From positions 109,614-173,613 of the forward strand of contig JAUSEW010000027.1 in the NCBI GenBank assembly GCA_030651475.1: DNA of 64,000 bases, read 5' to 3'. Below, piece by piece: positions 26,112 to 36,276 of this stretch (position 1 is its first letter; every line of letters starts with the position of its first letter). Position numbers and translations under genes: made by a program. Origin of the DNA: Candidatus Levyibacteriota bacterium. Lineage in GTDB: Bacteria > Patescibacteriota > Microgenomatia > Levybacterales > UBA12049. The notes under the pieces are model-generated. The model had not been told where the DNA came from and ran no database searches. It saw only the letters and a list, made by a program, of their open reading frames with translations.

Positions 26112-27241
26112 AGGTTGTAGTAATAGGCGGACATTTGTCGCCGGCTTTATCCGTAATAGAAAAACTTCCAAAAACGGATAGGGTTCTTTTTATCGGAAGA
26201 AAATATGTTTTTGAAGGAGACAAAGCGTTGTCTTTGGAGTATAAAACTATTCAATCTCTTAAAATTCCTTTTGTTAATCTTACTACGGGAAGATTTCAGC
26301 GTAAATTTACAGAATACACAATTCCTTCTTTGTTAAAACTGCCGTATGGTTTTATGCAAGCAATATTTGCTCTTATAAAATTTCAGCCGGATGTGGTCTT
26401 AAGCTTTGGCGGATACTTATCTTTTCCGGTTGTTCTTTCGGCATTCTTATTAAGAATTCCTATTGTTATTCATGAGCAGACTTTAGAAGCAGGTCTTGCA
26501 AATAAAATACTTTCCATCTTCGCAAGCAAGATTTGTATCTCATGGGAAACCTCTAGAAAATTTTTTCCTAAAGACAAAGTTGTGCTTACGGGAAACCCGG
26601 TGCGTCAATTTTCAATTTTCAATTTTTCCCGCGCGACGGGATCCCGATTCGCGGGACAATTTTCAATTCCCGAAAATGGATTTCCGATTATTTATATTAC
26701 CGGGGGAAGTTCGGGATCGCATTTTATTAATACTCTGATTGAAAGCAACTTAACGAAAATTTTAGAAAAATTTAATATTATTCACCAGACAGGCGAAAGT
26801 TTCAAGTACGAAGATTTTAATAGGCTGGAAAAAATTAAAGCGTTGTTACCGAACGAATTGCAATCAAGGTATACATTAACTACATTTATTGACCCGTCAC
26901 TAGTTGGGGGTATTTTAAAAAAAGCGGATATTGTAATTAGCAGATCCGGTATGAATACAGTAACGGAACTTATTTTTTTTGGCGTTCCTTCTCTTTTAAT
27001 TCCGCTGCCTTTTTCCCAAAGACAAGAGCAGCTAAAAAATGCATTATTCCTTAGGACAAAAGGGTGCGCGGAAATATTTGAGCAAAAAGATGATAGAAAC
27101 ATTTTTCTCTCAAAATTATTTGATATGTTTGAGAATATAAATAAGTATAAGGAAAATTTGCGGAAAATTTCTTCACTTACGAATATTGATGCTGCCAAGA
27201 AAATAATTGATGTTTTGGAATATGCCAAAAAGAAGAAATAA
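26108..27241 (+). CDS. murG: Undecaprenyldiphospho-muramoylpentapeptide beta-N-acetylglucosaminyltransferase MurG
   Basis: GT28 architecture. N-terminus VVIGGHLSPAL. ITGGSSGS in the C-domain. Confidence 0.8.
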   Translation: MKVVVIGGHLSPALSVIEKLPKTDRVLFIGRKYVFEGDKALSLEYKTIQSLKIPFVNLTTGRFQRKFTEYTIPSLLKLPYGFMQAIFALIKFQPDVVLSFGGYLSFPVVLSAFLLRIPIVIHEQTLEAGLANKILSIFASKICISWETSRKFFPKDKVVLTGNPVRQFSIFNFSRATGSRFAGQFSIPENGFPIIYITGGSSGSHFINTLIESNLTKILEKFNIIHQTGESFKYEDFNRLEKIKALLPNELQSRYTLTTFIDPSLVGGILKKADIVISRSGMNTVTELIFFGVPSLLIPLPFSQRQEQLKNALFLRTKGCAEIFEQKDDRNIFLSKLFDMFENINKYKENLRKISSLTNIDAAKKIIDVLEYAKKKK

Positions 27242-27602
27242 GAATTTATTTCCTGTTCTTATTCCTATTAGCATGATAGCAATATTAATTTGCGGATTTT
27301 TGTATATTTATCTTTTCAAAAAACCAATAATAATAAGCCCTATCGGTACGAAGAATAGCGTATCAAGTGAAATAGTACGAAAATTACTTTTGGAAGCAAA
27401 AATTCCATTTTCCGAAATTTCAATTGCCACAGACTCTTCTTATTTGGTAAGACTTAACGACGGAAGTGAGGTGTTTTTGTCTCCGAAAGACACAAGCTTA
27501 AGAATACAGTCTTTACAAGCCCTACTAAAACAGTTTACAATAGAAGGGCAAAAATTTAAACGCGTAGATTTTAGGTTCGAGAAACCGACAATTATATTTT
27601 AG
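27207..27602 (+). CDS. Minimal FtsQ/DivIB-like protein (single TM helix plus a small POTRA-like domain)
   Basis: Assigned by position between murG and ftsA, plus a TM helix. Confidence 0.35.
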   Translation: MMFWNMPKRRNKNLFPVLIPISMIAILICGFLYIYLFKKPIIISPIGTKNSVSSEIVRKLLLEAKIPFSEISIATDSSYLVRLNDGSEVFLSPKDTSLRIQSLQALLKQFTIEGQKFKRVDFRFEKPTIIF

Positions 27603-27604
27603 AT

Positions 27605-28897
27605 ATGACAGACGGAAAAATCGTAGTAGGAGTTGATATTGGTTCCTCAAAAATAGTTACTCTAATAACAAGAGTTGACGAAGAAGCAGTAAATGTAATG
27701 GGCGTTTCTGAAGTTCAGTCAAACGGCGTTAAAAAAGGTCAAATCGTAGACATCAAGGCTGCAGTAGAATGCATCAATAATTCTTTGGATAGCGCAGAGA
27801 GAATGGCAGGATCTTCGGTGTCTCACATAGTTGCTTCAATTGGAGGGAATCACATTGAATCTTTGAACTCAAAAGGCGTAGTGGCTGTTTCCATGCCTGA
27901 CCAAGAAATAACGCAGGGAGATATGCTAAGAGTGATTGATGCTGCAAAAGCAGTCTCACTGCCCTCTACTCGAGAAATAATCCATGTTCTGCCGAGAGCC
28001 TATACGGTAGACGGTCAGGAAGGAATAAAAGATCCAATTGGTATGACAGGAGTAAGGCTTGAAGTTGACACTCATATTATTTCCGCAAACGGAATTTCCC
28101 TAAGAAATTTGGAAAAAGCTTTTTCGGAAGTTGGAATTGATGTTGACGCGGTGGTTTTCAGCGGTTACGCTTCAAGTCTTGCGGTTTTGTCTGACACAGA
28201 AAAAGAACTTGGTGTCGTAATGGTTGATATCGGAGCGGGAACGACTGATATATCAATATACATAGAGGGGTCGGTTGCGTTTTCTTCGGTTTTGCCAATT
28301 GGAGCAAAACATATTACGAATGATTTGGCAATAGGACTAAGAATTTCGCTGGAGAGCGCTGAAAAAATAAAATTATTCCTATCGTCTCCTTCCGAAAACC
28401 CAATAAAAATTGACGATTTGGGAGAAATGCAGTCGATAGGAAGAAAGAATCCTGACGAAATAGACTTAAATTCCCTAAATCTTCCCGAAGATCTTAGGAA
28501 AGTTTCACAAAAAACTTTGATAGACGGAATAATCAGACCAAGGCTTAATGAGCTTTTTACTATGGTAGGACTTGAGCTTAAAAGAAGCGGATACGGCGGT
28601 CAGACTCCTTCGGGTTTGGTAGTGACAGGCGGAGGCGCAAGGACAATTGGGATTGCAATTTCCGCAAAAAGAACTTTGGCAATGCCTGTAAGAATCGGAA
28701 TACCGATGAAGATAAAAGGACTTATAGATGAAATACAGGATACTCCTTTTTCAACGGTTGTTGGCCTGGCTATGTATGGCGCTACAATGGAAGAGAATGA
28801 GTCATTGCCTTTCGGAATTAATCTGCATCTTCCGAACATAAAATTTTCGGGATTATTATCTAAGGCAGTTGGATTTGTCAAATCCTTCATGCCCTAG
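27605..28897 (+). CDS. ftsA: Cell division protein FtsA
   Basis: Actin-fold motifs VGVDIGSSKIV and VVMVDIGAGTTD. Confidence 0.9.
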   Translation: MTDGKIVVGVDIGSSKIVTLITRVDEEAVNVMGVSEVQSNGVKKGQIVDIKAAVECINNSLDSAERMAGSSVSHIVASIGGNHIESLNSKGVVAVSMPDQEITQGDMLRVIDAAKAVSLPSTREIIHVLPRAYTVDGQEGIKDPIGMTGVRLEVDTHIISANGISLRNLEKAFSEVGIDVDAVVFSGYASSLAVLSDTEKELGVVMVDIGAGTTDISIYIEGSVAFSSVLPIGAKHITNDLAIGLRISLESAEKIKLFLSSPSENPIKIDDLGEMQSIGRKNPDEIDLNSLNLPEDLRKVSQKTLIDGIIRPRLNELFTMVGLELKRSGYGGQTPSGLVVTGGGARTIGIAISAKRTLAMPVRIGIPMKIKGLIDEIQDTPFSTVVGLAMYGATMEENESLPFGINLHLPNIKFSGLLSKAVGFVKSFMP

Positions 28898-28940
28898 GTG
28901 TTGCAAAAACAATTTTGATGTGTTAGTATTTTGTTGATTT

Positions 28941-30044
28941 ATGTTGATAAAGCCGCAAACAGCAAATTTCGCGAAGATAAGAGTTATGGGAATTGGCGGA
29001 GGTGGAGTAAACGCTTTAAATTCCATGATCTCCCAATCCCAGATACAAGGAGTAGATTTTGTTGCGGTTAATACGGATGCCCAAGCGCTTCTTCTTGCTC
29101 AAGCGGCGACAAAACTTCAAATAGGAGAAAATCTTACCAAAGGATTAGGCAGCGGAGGAAATCCTGAAGTAGGAAGACAGGCGGCGGAAGAATCTTACGA
29201 GAAAATAAAAGAGATGATAGACGGATCGGATATGATTTTCTTGGCAGCCGGAATGGGCGGAGGAACAGGGACAGGAGCAACACCTATCATTGCCAAAGCA
29301 GCCAAAGAAGTTGGAGCTTTGACAGTAGCGGTAGCAACCAAACCATTTTTATTTGAAGGAACGCGCAGGATGGTAGCGGCAGAAGAAGGATTGGAAGAAT
29401 TAAAAGATAAAGTAGATACCCTTATTGTTATTCCCAATCAAAGAATATTGGACGTAGTTGACAGAAAATTAACGCTTCTTGAGGCATTTAGGGTGGCAGA
29501 TTCTGTTCTAACCCAAGGAGTTCAGGGAATTTCAGACCTTATAACAATTCCAGGACTTATCAATGTAGATTTTGCTGATGTGAAGGCGATAATGTCTTCT
29601 GCTGGTTCAGCTCTTATGGGTATTGGGACAGGGGTTGGCGAGAACAGAGCGCAGACTGCGGCAAGAATGGCAATTGCATCTCCGCTTCTGGAAATTACTA
29701 TGGAGGGAGCAAGGGGAGTTCTTTTTAATATAACCGGCGGACCTGATCTTACAATGAGCGAGGTTGATGAAGCAGCCAAAATTATTTCTTCATCGGCTGA
29801 TCCGGATGCAAATATTATTTTCGGAGCAACTATTGACGAAACGATGCATGATCAGATAAGAATCACTGTTGTTGCAACCGGTTTTGACCAGACTCGTCAG
29901 ACTCTTAAAGAATTTGTGAGCCCAAGGCCTGCAAATAAAGAAACTCTAAAAATGGAAACTCCCAAACCCGAAGTAGAAAAAGAACCGGAAAATAAAGAAG
30001 ACGAAATTTGGGACATTCCCGCCTTCCTTCGCCAACGAAATTAG
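28941..30044 (+). CDS. ftsZ: Cell division GTPase FtsZ
   Basis: Tubulin signature GGGTGTGA and NTDAQAL. Confidence 0.9.
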   Translation: MLIKPQTANFAKIRVMGIGGGGVNALNSMISQSQIQGVDFVAVNTDAQALLLAQAATKLQIGENLTKGLGSGGNPEVGRQAAEESYEKIKEMIDGSDMIFLAAGMGGGTGTGATPIIAKAAKEVGALTVAVATKPFLFEGTRRMVAAEEGLEELKDKVDTLIVIPNQRILDVVDRKLTLLEAFRVADSVLTQGVQGISDLITIPGLINVDFADVKAIMSSAGSALMGIGTGVGENRAQTAARMAIASPLLEITMEGARGVLFNITGGPDLTMSEVDEAAKIISSSADPDANIIFGATIDETMHDQIRITVVATGFDQTRQTLKEFVSPRPANKETLKMETPKPEVEKEPENKEDEIWDIPAFLRQRN

Positions 30045-30091
30045 CGAAGTTCGGCGAGGCAAGCCCGCATTTCTAAGGCAGAGGAATTAAT

Positions 30092-30304
30092 ATGGGAAAA
30101 GAAAATCGCACAGACTCTCCAGCTCAAATTATAAATGCGTTTAAAAAAGCGGGAATTAAATGTACGCGAATAACAATTAATCTTAATCCTCAAGGAAAAA
30201 AAGATGTAAGAGATTATGTAATGCGAATTGAAGAGGCTCATAGGAAAGCAGCAGAAAGCGAACTCATTTTTCCTAGCTATTTAGTTTCAAATTCCCAGCC
30301 TTAA
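30092..30304 (+). CDS. Hypothetical small protein (70 aa)
   Basis: ORF only. Confidence 0.3.
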   Translation: MGKENRTDSPAQIINAFKKAGIKCTRITINLNPQGKKDVRDYVMRIEEAHRKAAESELIFPSYLVSNSQP

Positions 30305-30452
30305 AATTCCCAATCCATTATTTTAATCGGCCGCTTTTTAATAAATTAGCTTCAGAAGAAAACCTATCTTATAAATTCTCACCTTCTCTTCTTTAATGCC
30401 AGCAATTGGGCTAATTTGTTTGTTTATCGTGATATGAAGTGCTAGAATCTGT

Positions 30453-31139
30453 ATGGATATGCCAGAAGTAATTAACAGACCACAGCAAGAATTACTTATT
30501 GCTGAAAGATTGAAAGCTCAATGGAGTACGCTTGTCAAATCAGCTGGAGGTAAATTATCTTTGCTAGATAGTGAATTTTCAAAAATGGTTCGGGAATACC
30601 AATCCGGAGGGAGGGTTTATCATAACCTTTTCCATATAGGGAAAGTTGATGAAGTACTCAATAGATATCGCCATCTTGCTCGCAATTTTGTTGCTCTAAA
30701 ATTTGCAGGAGACGGGCATGATGTAATTTATATTCCTGGTTCTAAAACGAATGAAGAAGATAGCGCTAGCCATATAAGAGGGGTGATGACTAAATTGGGA
30801 ATGCCAGCTTCTATAGTTACGGAAACAGAAAGAATAATTCTTATAACAAAAGATCATAAAACTACAGATGACGATATTGACGGAAAACTTATGATAGATG
30901 CAGATTTTGTGATTTTCGCTTCTCCCGAAGTGGAATATGATGCATATGCGAGAGGAATTTGGCAAGAATATGTAGATTCTGGAAAAGTTTCAAAAGATGC
31001 GTTTAGAGAGGGACGAGAGAAGCTTGTTAGGAATTGGCTTAAAAGAGATAGACTATTTTTGATAGACGAAATCCAAAAAGAGTCTGGGTTTTTAGCGAGA
31101 AAAAATCTCGAAAGAGAGCTTATACTTCTTACTTCTTAA
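30453..31139 (+). CDS. Hypothetical protein, possibly an HD-domain phosphohydrolase-like protein
   Basis: YHNLFHIG ... GDGHDVIY suggests an H...HD metal-binding arrangement. Weak. Confidence 0.35.
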   Translation: MDMPEVINRPQQELLIAERLKAQWSTLVKSAGGKLSLLDSEFSKMVREYQSGGRVYHNLFHIGKVDEVLNRYRHLARNFVALKFAGDGHDVIYIPGSKTNEEDSASHIRGVMTKLGMPASIVTETERIILITKDHKTTDDDIDGKLMIDADFVIFASPEVEYDAYARGIWQEYVDSGKVSKDAFREGREKLVRNWLKRDRLFLIDEIQKESGFLARKNLERELILLTS

Positions 31140-31193
31140 TCGTCATAAGTTTTTTAATCGTCATTTTTAAGAAATTAGCGTTGAGTTATAACT

Positions 31194-31712
31194 TTATTTT
31201 ACTTCGTAAGAGTGAACTTTTACAGGTATCCCTTTTGTTTTTGCCTTGTCTATGGTGTCTTGGACTGCAGGGCTATTATTTACCTGAAAAGCTACTAATT
31301 CATCAGAAGCATTCACGATTTCGGAGTTTCTTTCAAAGTAAGTTTTTTCATTAACTTCTGTATTTGTCGGATTTTCTATCAACCCATGTGGGTTTAGATT
31401 TTTGAGCGTAATGAGTTGTGAAATTAAATCTTCTGCTTGTTGTTCTGTTATAGCTTTTTCCTGTGCCCTTTTACGATAGTGGGTAGCATAAATGTCAAGA
31501 GTGGTGGGAAGAAAAACTTTTATTTGTTGGTGTCGATTTAGCTTTAAAACTTCATCCGTTGCTTGATAATCTACATTTAGGGCTCCTCCCGATATAATGC
31601 CAGCTCCTTCAAGGATGATGTGCCTTACAGTTTCCCTGACATCTTGTTCTATCTCTGGAGTTGTTGTTCTCCAGCTTCCGCTTATTCCAATCCATCTATT
31701 AACACCAGCCAT
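31194..31712 (-). CDS. SLOG-type (DprA/LOG-like Rossmann) nucleotide-binding domain protein
   Basis: GISGSWR and IISGGALNVD resemble the DprA/SLOG GSR...SGGAxGVD core. Confidence 0.4.
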   Translation of the reverse strand: MAGVNRWIGISGSWRTTTPEIEQDVRETVRHIILEGAGIISGGALNVDYQATDEVLKLNRHQQIKVFLPTTLDIYATHYRKRAQEKAITEQQAEDLISQLITLKNLNPHGLIENPTNTEVNEKTYFERNSEIVNASDELVAFQVNNSPAVQDTIDKAKTKGIPVKVHSYEVK

Positions 31713-31825
31713 ATATAAATTATATCAAAAAGCTGTTAACTTTGTTCTGTATTGTTGTTAAATTCTCCTTGAAGATTTTAAAATGTAATTTTTTAATTGG
31801 GCGATCTTTTAGGCAGATATATTTA

Positions 31826-32887
31826 CTATTGCTTCAGCTTTTTCAACAAAGAGTCGTCTTCGCCAGTGTCAGATTCGGGGAATATTAAAGGGTGTTCTTT
31901 ATCAAATATTCCCAAAGAACTTTTTTTCCTAATTCTAAAATGCCGGTAAAAAGCTAGACCCAAAATAGCAAGAATAATTATTGCTCCTATGGCAATTATT
32001 CTAATTTTTGTTTCATTTAAAGATTTTACAAGCGGTTTACTTTTGGCAGGAATTGCAGTTGGTAAAACAAGAGTGGAGACTTGAGTCGGAGCGGCGGAAA
32101 CAGTACTTGCAATTGTAGGCGAGAGCTGAAAAGCGATTGTCGGAGTTGGAGTAGAAACAGTAATGGTTTTTATTTTTGTTAATGTTGTTGCGGATAACTC
32201 ATTGGAATTGTTTCCGGGCATGCAGCCGTTTACGGCTTTAATTATAAAATAATATTTTGTGTTGGGAGATAGAGAATCGATAGTAAAAGCGGTCGTGTCG
32301 CGTCCTCCTATGCGCGGATTCCCATATTGATATTGTCCTGAAGACACGCCATAAGCAACCAGGTAATGCGAAACAGGATCCAAAGATTTAGTCCAGGTCA
32401 GCATAATTTGAGTATTCCCGATTGTTTTAGCAGAAGTTAGTTGGGGAGTACTGCCTGGTGAAGGATTTGTGCAGGTAGATTGTACGCCCGAGGTTGGATT
32501 AAAAACTACCGTTCCGAGTCCATTGAAAGGAGTGTTGGTTGTAGTGTCTATAATATCAAGGCTGTAGGTTCCGGGATAGAGGGATGTAATTGTAAAAGTG
32601 GCACGACCTGCACCATCAGTGGTAGTGGATGTCGGGATTATTACTGCGGAACCGTCATTGGGGTCTTTTAGGGTTACAGTGTCTTCTACTACCGGATTTC
32701 CCGATGTATCTTTCAAAATTACGGTTACAGTAACTTTGGTTTGTCCGTCTGCCGGTACTGCCGAACTTACGCTTAGGCTGGAATGGGCAAGATCAGGAGG
32801 GGCTTTGGCAAATACAGGAGTAGCGAAAGAAAAACAAAGAACTAAGAGTACAAGAGCAGACAATAAATTTATTATTGTTTTTGGCAT
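31826..32887 (-). CDS. Cell-surface protein: signal peptide, Thr/Ser-rich Ig/FN3-like repeats, C-terminal TM anchor
   Basis: Signal peptide LLSALVLLVLCFSFATPVFA. FN3-like TKYYFIIKAVNG. C-terminal helix IIAIGAIIILAILGLAFY followed by a basic tail. Confidence 0.6.
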   Translation of the reverse strand: MPKTIINLLSALVLLVLCFSFATPVFAKAPPDLAHSSLSVSSAVPADGQTKVTVTVILKDTSGNPVVEDTVTLKDPNDGSAVIIPTSTTTDGAGRATFTITSLYPGTYSLDIIDTTTNTPFNGLGTVVFNPTSGVQSTCTNPSPGSTPQLTSAKTIGNTQIMLTWTKSLDPVSHYLVAYGVSSGQYQYGNPRIGGRDTTAFTIDSLSPNTKYYFIIKAVNGCMPGNNSNELSATTLTKIKTITVSTPTPTIAFQLSPTIASTVSAAPTQVSTLVLPTAIPAKSKPLVKSLNETKIRIIAIGAIIILAILGLAFYRHFRIRKKSSLGIFDKEHPLIFPESDTGEDDSLLKKLKQ

Positions 32888-32986
32888 AACAATTATATTC
32901 TACCTTATTTTTCTTAAGGGTTTAAGAAAAGAAGCTTTTCAATCAGGTGGTTTTTAAAAGTAGCTTTAAAAGTAGAGATGATTTAG

Positions 32987-34780
32987 TTATTTTCTTTGAT
33001 AATCTATTATAAATGTCTCGCAGAATTGTTTTTTTGTTAATTTCTCTACCGAAAAATCCTGCACGGTCAAATGAGAAATATATGGTTTCAATTCGTAAGG
33101 GGAGCAGAGGACATCTTGGTAAATAGAGTAGATGGTACCGGAATCGGATAGTTGTGCAATAGTCAGCAGTTGATTGCTGTCTTTAAAAAGTTGGCAATTT
33201 CCTGCTCCCGGGTCAAAAATGTAGGTAGTATTTTTATCAAGAGTTTTTGTGTCGGTACAAGTACGAAATGAGGCAAACTCAAAGGCGTAAGTGTGGCGCA
33301 AAAAGTCATTACGGAAATGCGAAGCTGTTTCTCTATTATAGCTGTTAGAATAAAAAATAAAATCTTTATACAATATTTTTGGTGCTTCTACGACTACGGT
33401 AATAGGTTTTTTTTCTTCATTAGCTAAGGCAACATAGCGGGCAACCACACGAGCACTAAATGCTGTGCCTTCCGAAGCGTAGATTGGTTGGATAAAGAAA
33501 TAAGTATAGAGAAAATTTCCGACAAATATCGTATATATGCCGGCAATAATGATTGTTCCTGGAATAAGAATATTCCCCTTCTTTAAAAGCATAAGCGAAT
33601 ACCAGATACCTGTGCCGATAATAATATGAAAAAAAGGAATATATAAAGACGCGCGCATAGCATATGATGTCTCTACACTGCTAATTATGGAGGGAAGCGG
33701 CGCCAGTAACAGTATCAGGATGAGGAATAGCCACAGTTTTCTTTTATAGGCAAATAAATAGCAAAATCCCAAGATAAAAAAGAGAAGGTCGGCATAATAA
33801 AAGTATCCATGATTGTAAATATGAAAGCGCAAAGTTTTTTCGTTATCAATAAATAAATTCTGTAAAGAGAACGCACCGTAATATTTAGCAATACTATCCT
33901 TTAATATGGCCACCGCTTTGTTGGATACTATTTCTTTAAACGGATTTTGTATAGCGAGCTGCCGTTCGGTATTCACCTGTTTATTAATAGCTGCGGAAGA
34001 GACAAATGATAGCTCTCCAAGCCTGTTTGCGGTATTTTGATATTTTAGGGCAAAAAGAAATCCTGCTAGTAACGCAATGCATGCAAGAAATAAAACAACA
34101 TATTGTTTGGTATATTTCCTATTGTGTATTTGACTCCAAGTATAAAGAGATATGATAAATAGATAAGGCAGGAGGAGAATTTTGTACGCCATGTATGTAT
34201 AAAAACCAAGAGCAAGCGGTATAAATGTCCATAATATTTTCCATCGTGTTGTCTTTAACAAAATAAAAAAGCCAAACGTATAGAAGAACACTGCTAATGA
34301 TGCTTCGAATGCAGATCTTCCAAAAAATATATTCCATGGACTAAAACAGGCGACAAGCCCCACCAGAAAAGCCGGACCTTTTCCCAGTAGCCGTAAGACG
34401 ATAAAAAATAAAATAACGACTAAGAAAGAATTTATAATGGCGTGAAATATATGAGCAGAAAAAAGCGATGACGGAAGTATTCCTAGTATCGGCGCCATCA
34501 GCGTGTAGGGAATTTCCGCTTGCGCCGGTTCATCGGGAATAGGAGCAAATGAGAGGGGATTCCATTGTCCGCTTACATCATGGCCAGTAAGAAACACAGC
34601 GCGCGCGTTCAGCACAAAAATCATATTGTCATTGACAATGCCAACTGGGAATTTGTCTAGCCAGAATGTCCTAAAAAAGAGAGCGATGAAGAACAAGAGG
34701 ATAGCGAGGAAGACCGGTTTACAGATGAAAGCTTTATACGACATTGCAATTATTCTTTCAGATAATAAATTTAATGTCAA
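32987..34780 (-). CDS. GT-C fold polytopic membrane glycosyltransferase (ArnT/PMT-like)
   Basis: Ten or more predicted TM helices in the N-terminal half and a soluble C-terminal domain. It is divergently paired with a polyprenyl-phosphate sugar synthase. Confidence 0.5.
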   Translation of the reverse strand: MTLNLLSERIIAMSYKAFICKPVFLAILLFFIALFFRTFWLDKFPVGIVNDNMIFVLNARAVFLTGHDVSGQWNPLSFAPIPDEPAQAEIPYTLMAPILGILPSSLFSAHIFHAIINSFLVVILFFIVLRLLGKGPAFLVGLVACFSPWNIFFGRSAFEASLAVFFYTFGFFILLKTTRWKILWTFIPLALGFYTYMAYKILLLPYLFIISLYTWSQIHNRKYTKQYVVLFLACIALLAGFLFALKYQNTANRLGELSFVSSAAINKQVNTERQLAIQNPFKEIVSNKAVAILKDSIAKYYGAFSLQNLFIDNEKTLRFHIYNHGYFYYADLLFFILGFCYLFAYKRKLWLFLILILLLAPLPSIISSVETSYAMRASLYIPFFHIIIGTGIWYSLMLLKKGNILIPGTIIIAGIYTIFVGNFLYTYFFIQPIYASEGTAFSARVVARYVALANEEKKPITVVVEAPKILYKDFIFYSNSYNRETASHFRNDFLRHTYAFEFASFRTCTDTKTLDKNTTYIFDPGAGNCQLFKDSNQLLTIAQLSDSGTIYSIYQDVLCSPYELKPYISHLTVQDFSVEKLTKKQFCETFIIDYQRK

Positions 34781-34811
34781 CAGTGCATATTTATGCTAAA
34801 ATCAAATAAAG

Positions 34812-35537
34812 ATGAGAAAGAAAATAATTGTGGTTATGCCGGCATATAACGCTGAAAGGACACTTGCAGCTGTCTATAGAAAAATTCCTTCAGGTATAGT
34901 AGATAAAGTGATACTTACCGACGATGGCTCTTCCGATCAGACTGTGACGGTTGCCAAAAAATTAGGTATTGAAACAATCGTGCACGACAAAAATCTTGGT
35001 TACGGCGGTAATCAAAAAACGTGCTATATGGAAGCGTTAAAACTGGGAGTAGATTATATTATTATGCTGCATCCTGATGGGCAGTATGACGGAACGGATT
35101 TGCCTCTGTTCGTAGACGCTCTCTTAAAAGGACAATCGGATCTTGTTTTGGGATCGCGATTTTTAGGTAAACAACATAAAACACCATTTTATAAAGCTAT
35201 TTCCATTCAATTTTTGACAAAACTTTTTAATCTGGTACTTCGAACAGACTTGACGGAAGTAAATACAGGTTATAGAGGTTTTAGTAGGAAATTTTTAGAG
35301 ACTGTGCCATTTTCTGCCAATGGAAATGGCTATATTTTTGACCCGCAGATAATTATCCAAGCAGTATATTTTGGTTTTCGTATGCAGGAAGTACCCGTAA
35401 CAAAGGATTATTTTAAAGAAGCCAGTTCTCCGAATTTCAGTCAATCCGTCCGCCATGGCATAGAAAACATACAACTATTAATTCAGTATCTTCTCCATAG
35501 ATCTGGCATAAAAAAAGCAGATTTTTTAATTGGGTGA
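34812..35537 (+). CDS. GT2 polyprenyl-phosphate glycosyltransferase (DPM1/GtrB/ArnC-like)
   Basis: VVMPAYNAERTL and LTDDGSSDQT form the GT2 DxD region. About 240 aa, typical size for GtrB/ArnC enzymes. Confidence 0.75.
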   Translation: MRKKIIVVMPAYNAERTLAAVYRKIPSGIVDKVILTDDGSSDQTVTVAKKLGIETIVHDKNLGYGGNQKTCYMEALKLGVDYIIMLHPDGQYDGTDLPLFVDALLKGQSDLVLGSRFLGKQHKTPFYKAISIQFLTKLFNLVLRTDLTEVNTGYRGFSRKFLETVPFSANGNGYIFDPQIIIQAVYFGFRMQEVPVTKDYFKEASSPNFSQSVRHGIENIQLLIQYLLHRSGIKKADFLIG

Positions 35538-35588
35538 TTTTGAGACAGGGGAATTAATTTACTCCGTTGCGAATTTTTTTGCTTTTTT

Positions 35589-36197
35589 CTAGGCAGAAAC
35601 ACTAAGCGGCTCACGGCCTTCTTCCCTAGAAAGTGTTACAGGAGAAGCTTTAGGAAAATATTTCATCCTGATTGGTGCTTCGCTTATACTAGAATTAGTA
35701 GATTGCGGTAAGCTTTCTAGGGATTTTTTAACGAGAGATAACAAATTCTTAGCCACGTCTATCTGTTCAGCAGTTGCTTTTTCTCCCAACGCGTTTTCGA
35801 TTCTTTCAGTTCCAATAAAAACTATAATTTTCTCTTTGCTTTGATTGGTACCACCAACAACCATACGTCGAATACTAAAACCTCTTGGCTCAATGTTGGA
35901 GTCTGGTCCTGGACATAACTCTTCCACAACCCGAAACAACATCTTCTCGCTTCCTATGCCTTTTTCTATGAGTGGAGTTGCCAAGCAAGTTACGTAGTCT
36001 AGCCTATATTTAGTATCTTCATCAGAATTTCCTGTTGTCTCTATTTTTCTTTGTTTCCCAAACTCCTTAATTACGTCGTGTGCTTCTCTGCGTAGCAGTT
36101 CTTCGCCATGTGGTATTTCGGCAGGAGACCCTTGTTTTTGTTCACTTGGTGGAGTTATTAACGAAAATACCTCTTCGTTTGGGAAATGTGCGTCCAT
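35589..36197 (-). CDS. Hypothetical protein
   Basis: ORF only. Confidence 0.35.
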   Translation of the reverse strand: MDAHFPNEEVFSLITPPSEQKQGSPAEIPHGEELLRREAHDVIKEFGKQRKIETTGNSDEDTKYRLDYVTCLATPLIEKGIGSEKMLFRVVEELCPGPDSNIEPRGFSIRRMVVGGTNQSKEKIIVFIGTERIENALGEKATAEQIDVAKNLLSLVKKSLESLPQSTNSSISEAPIRMKYFPKASPVTLSREEGREPLSVSA

Positions 36198-36276
36198 TAA
36201 TATTTTATATCAAAAGGTACGTATGTTGTCAAGCGATCGCAATAGTCCATTGACAAGGGTTTGGTAAAGCAGGACA

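Noticed and set aside
30045-30091. Possible terminator hairpin after ftsZ
   Set aside because: Only a short imperfect stem (CTTCGC/GCGAAG) around a long loop, with no U-tract. Not convincing.
32480-32957. Plus-strand ORFs (63 and 119 aa) opposite the surface-protein gene
   Set aside because: They are antisense to a Thr/Ser-rich repeat gene. Their composition is driven by the coding strand and they have no start context.
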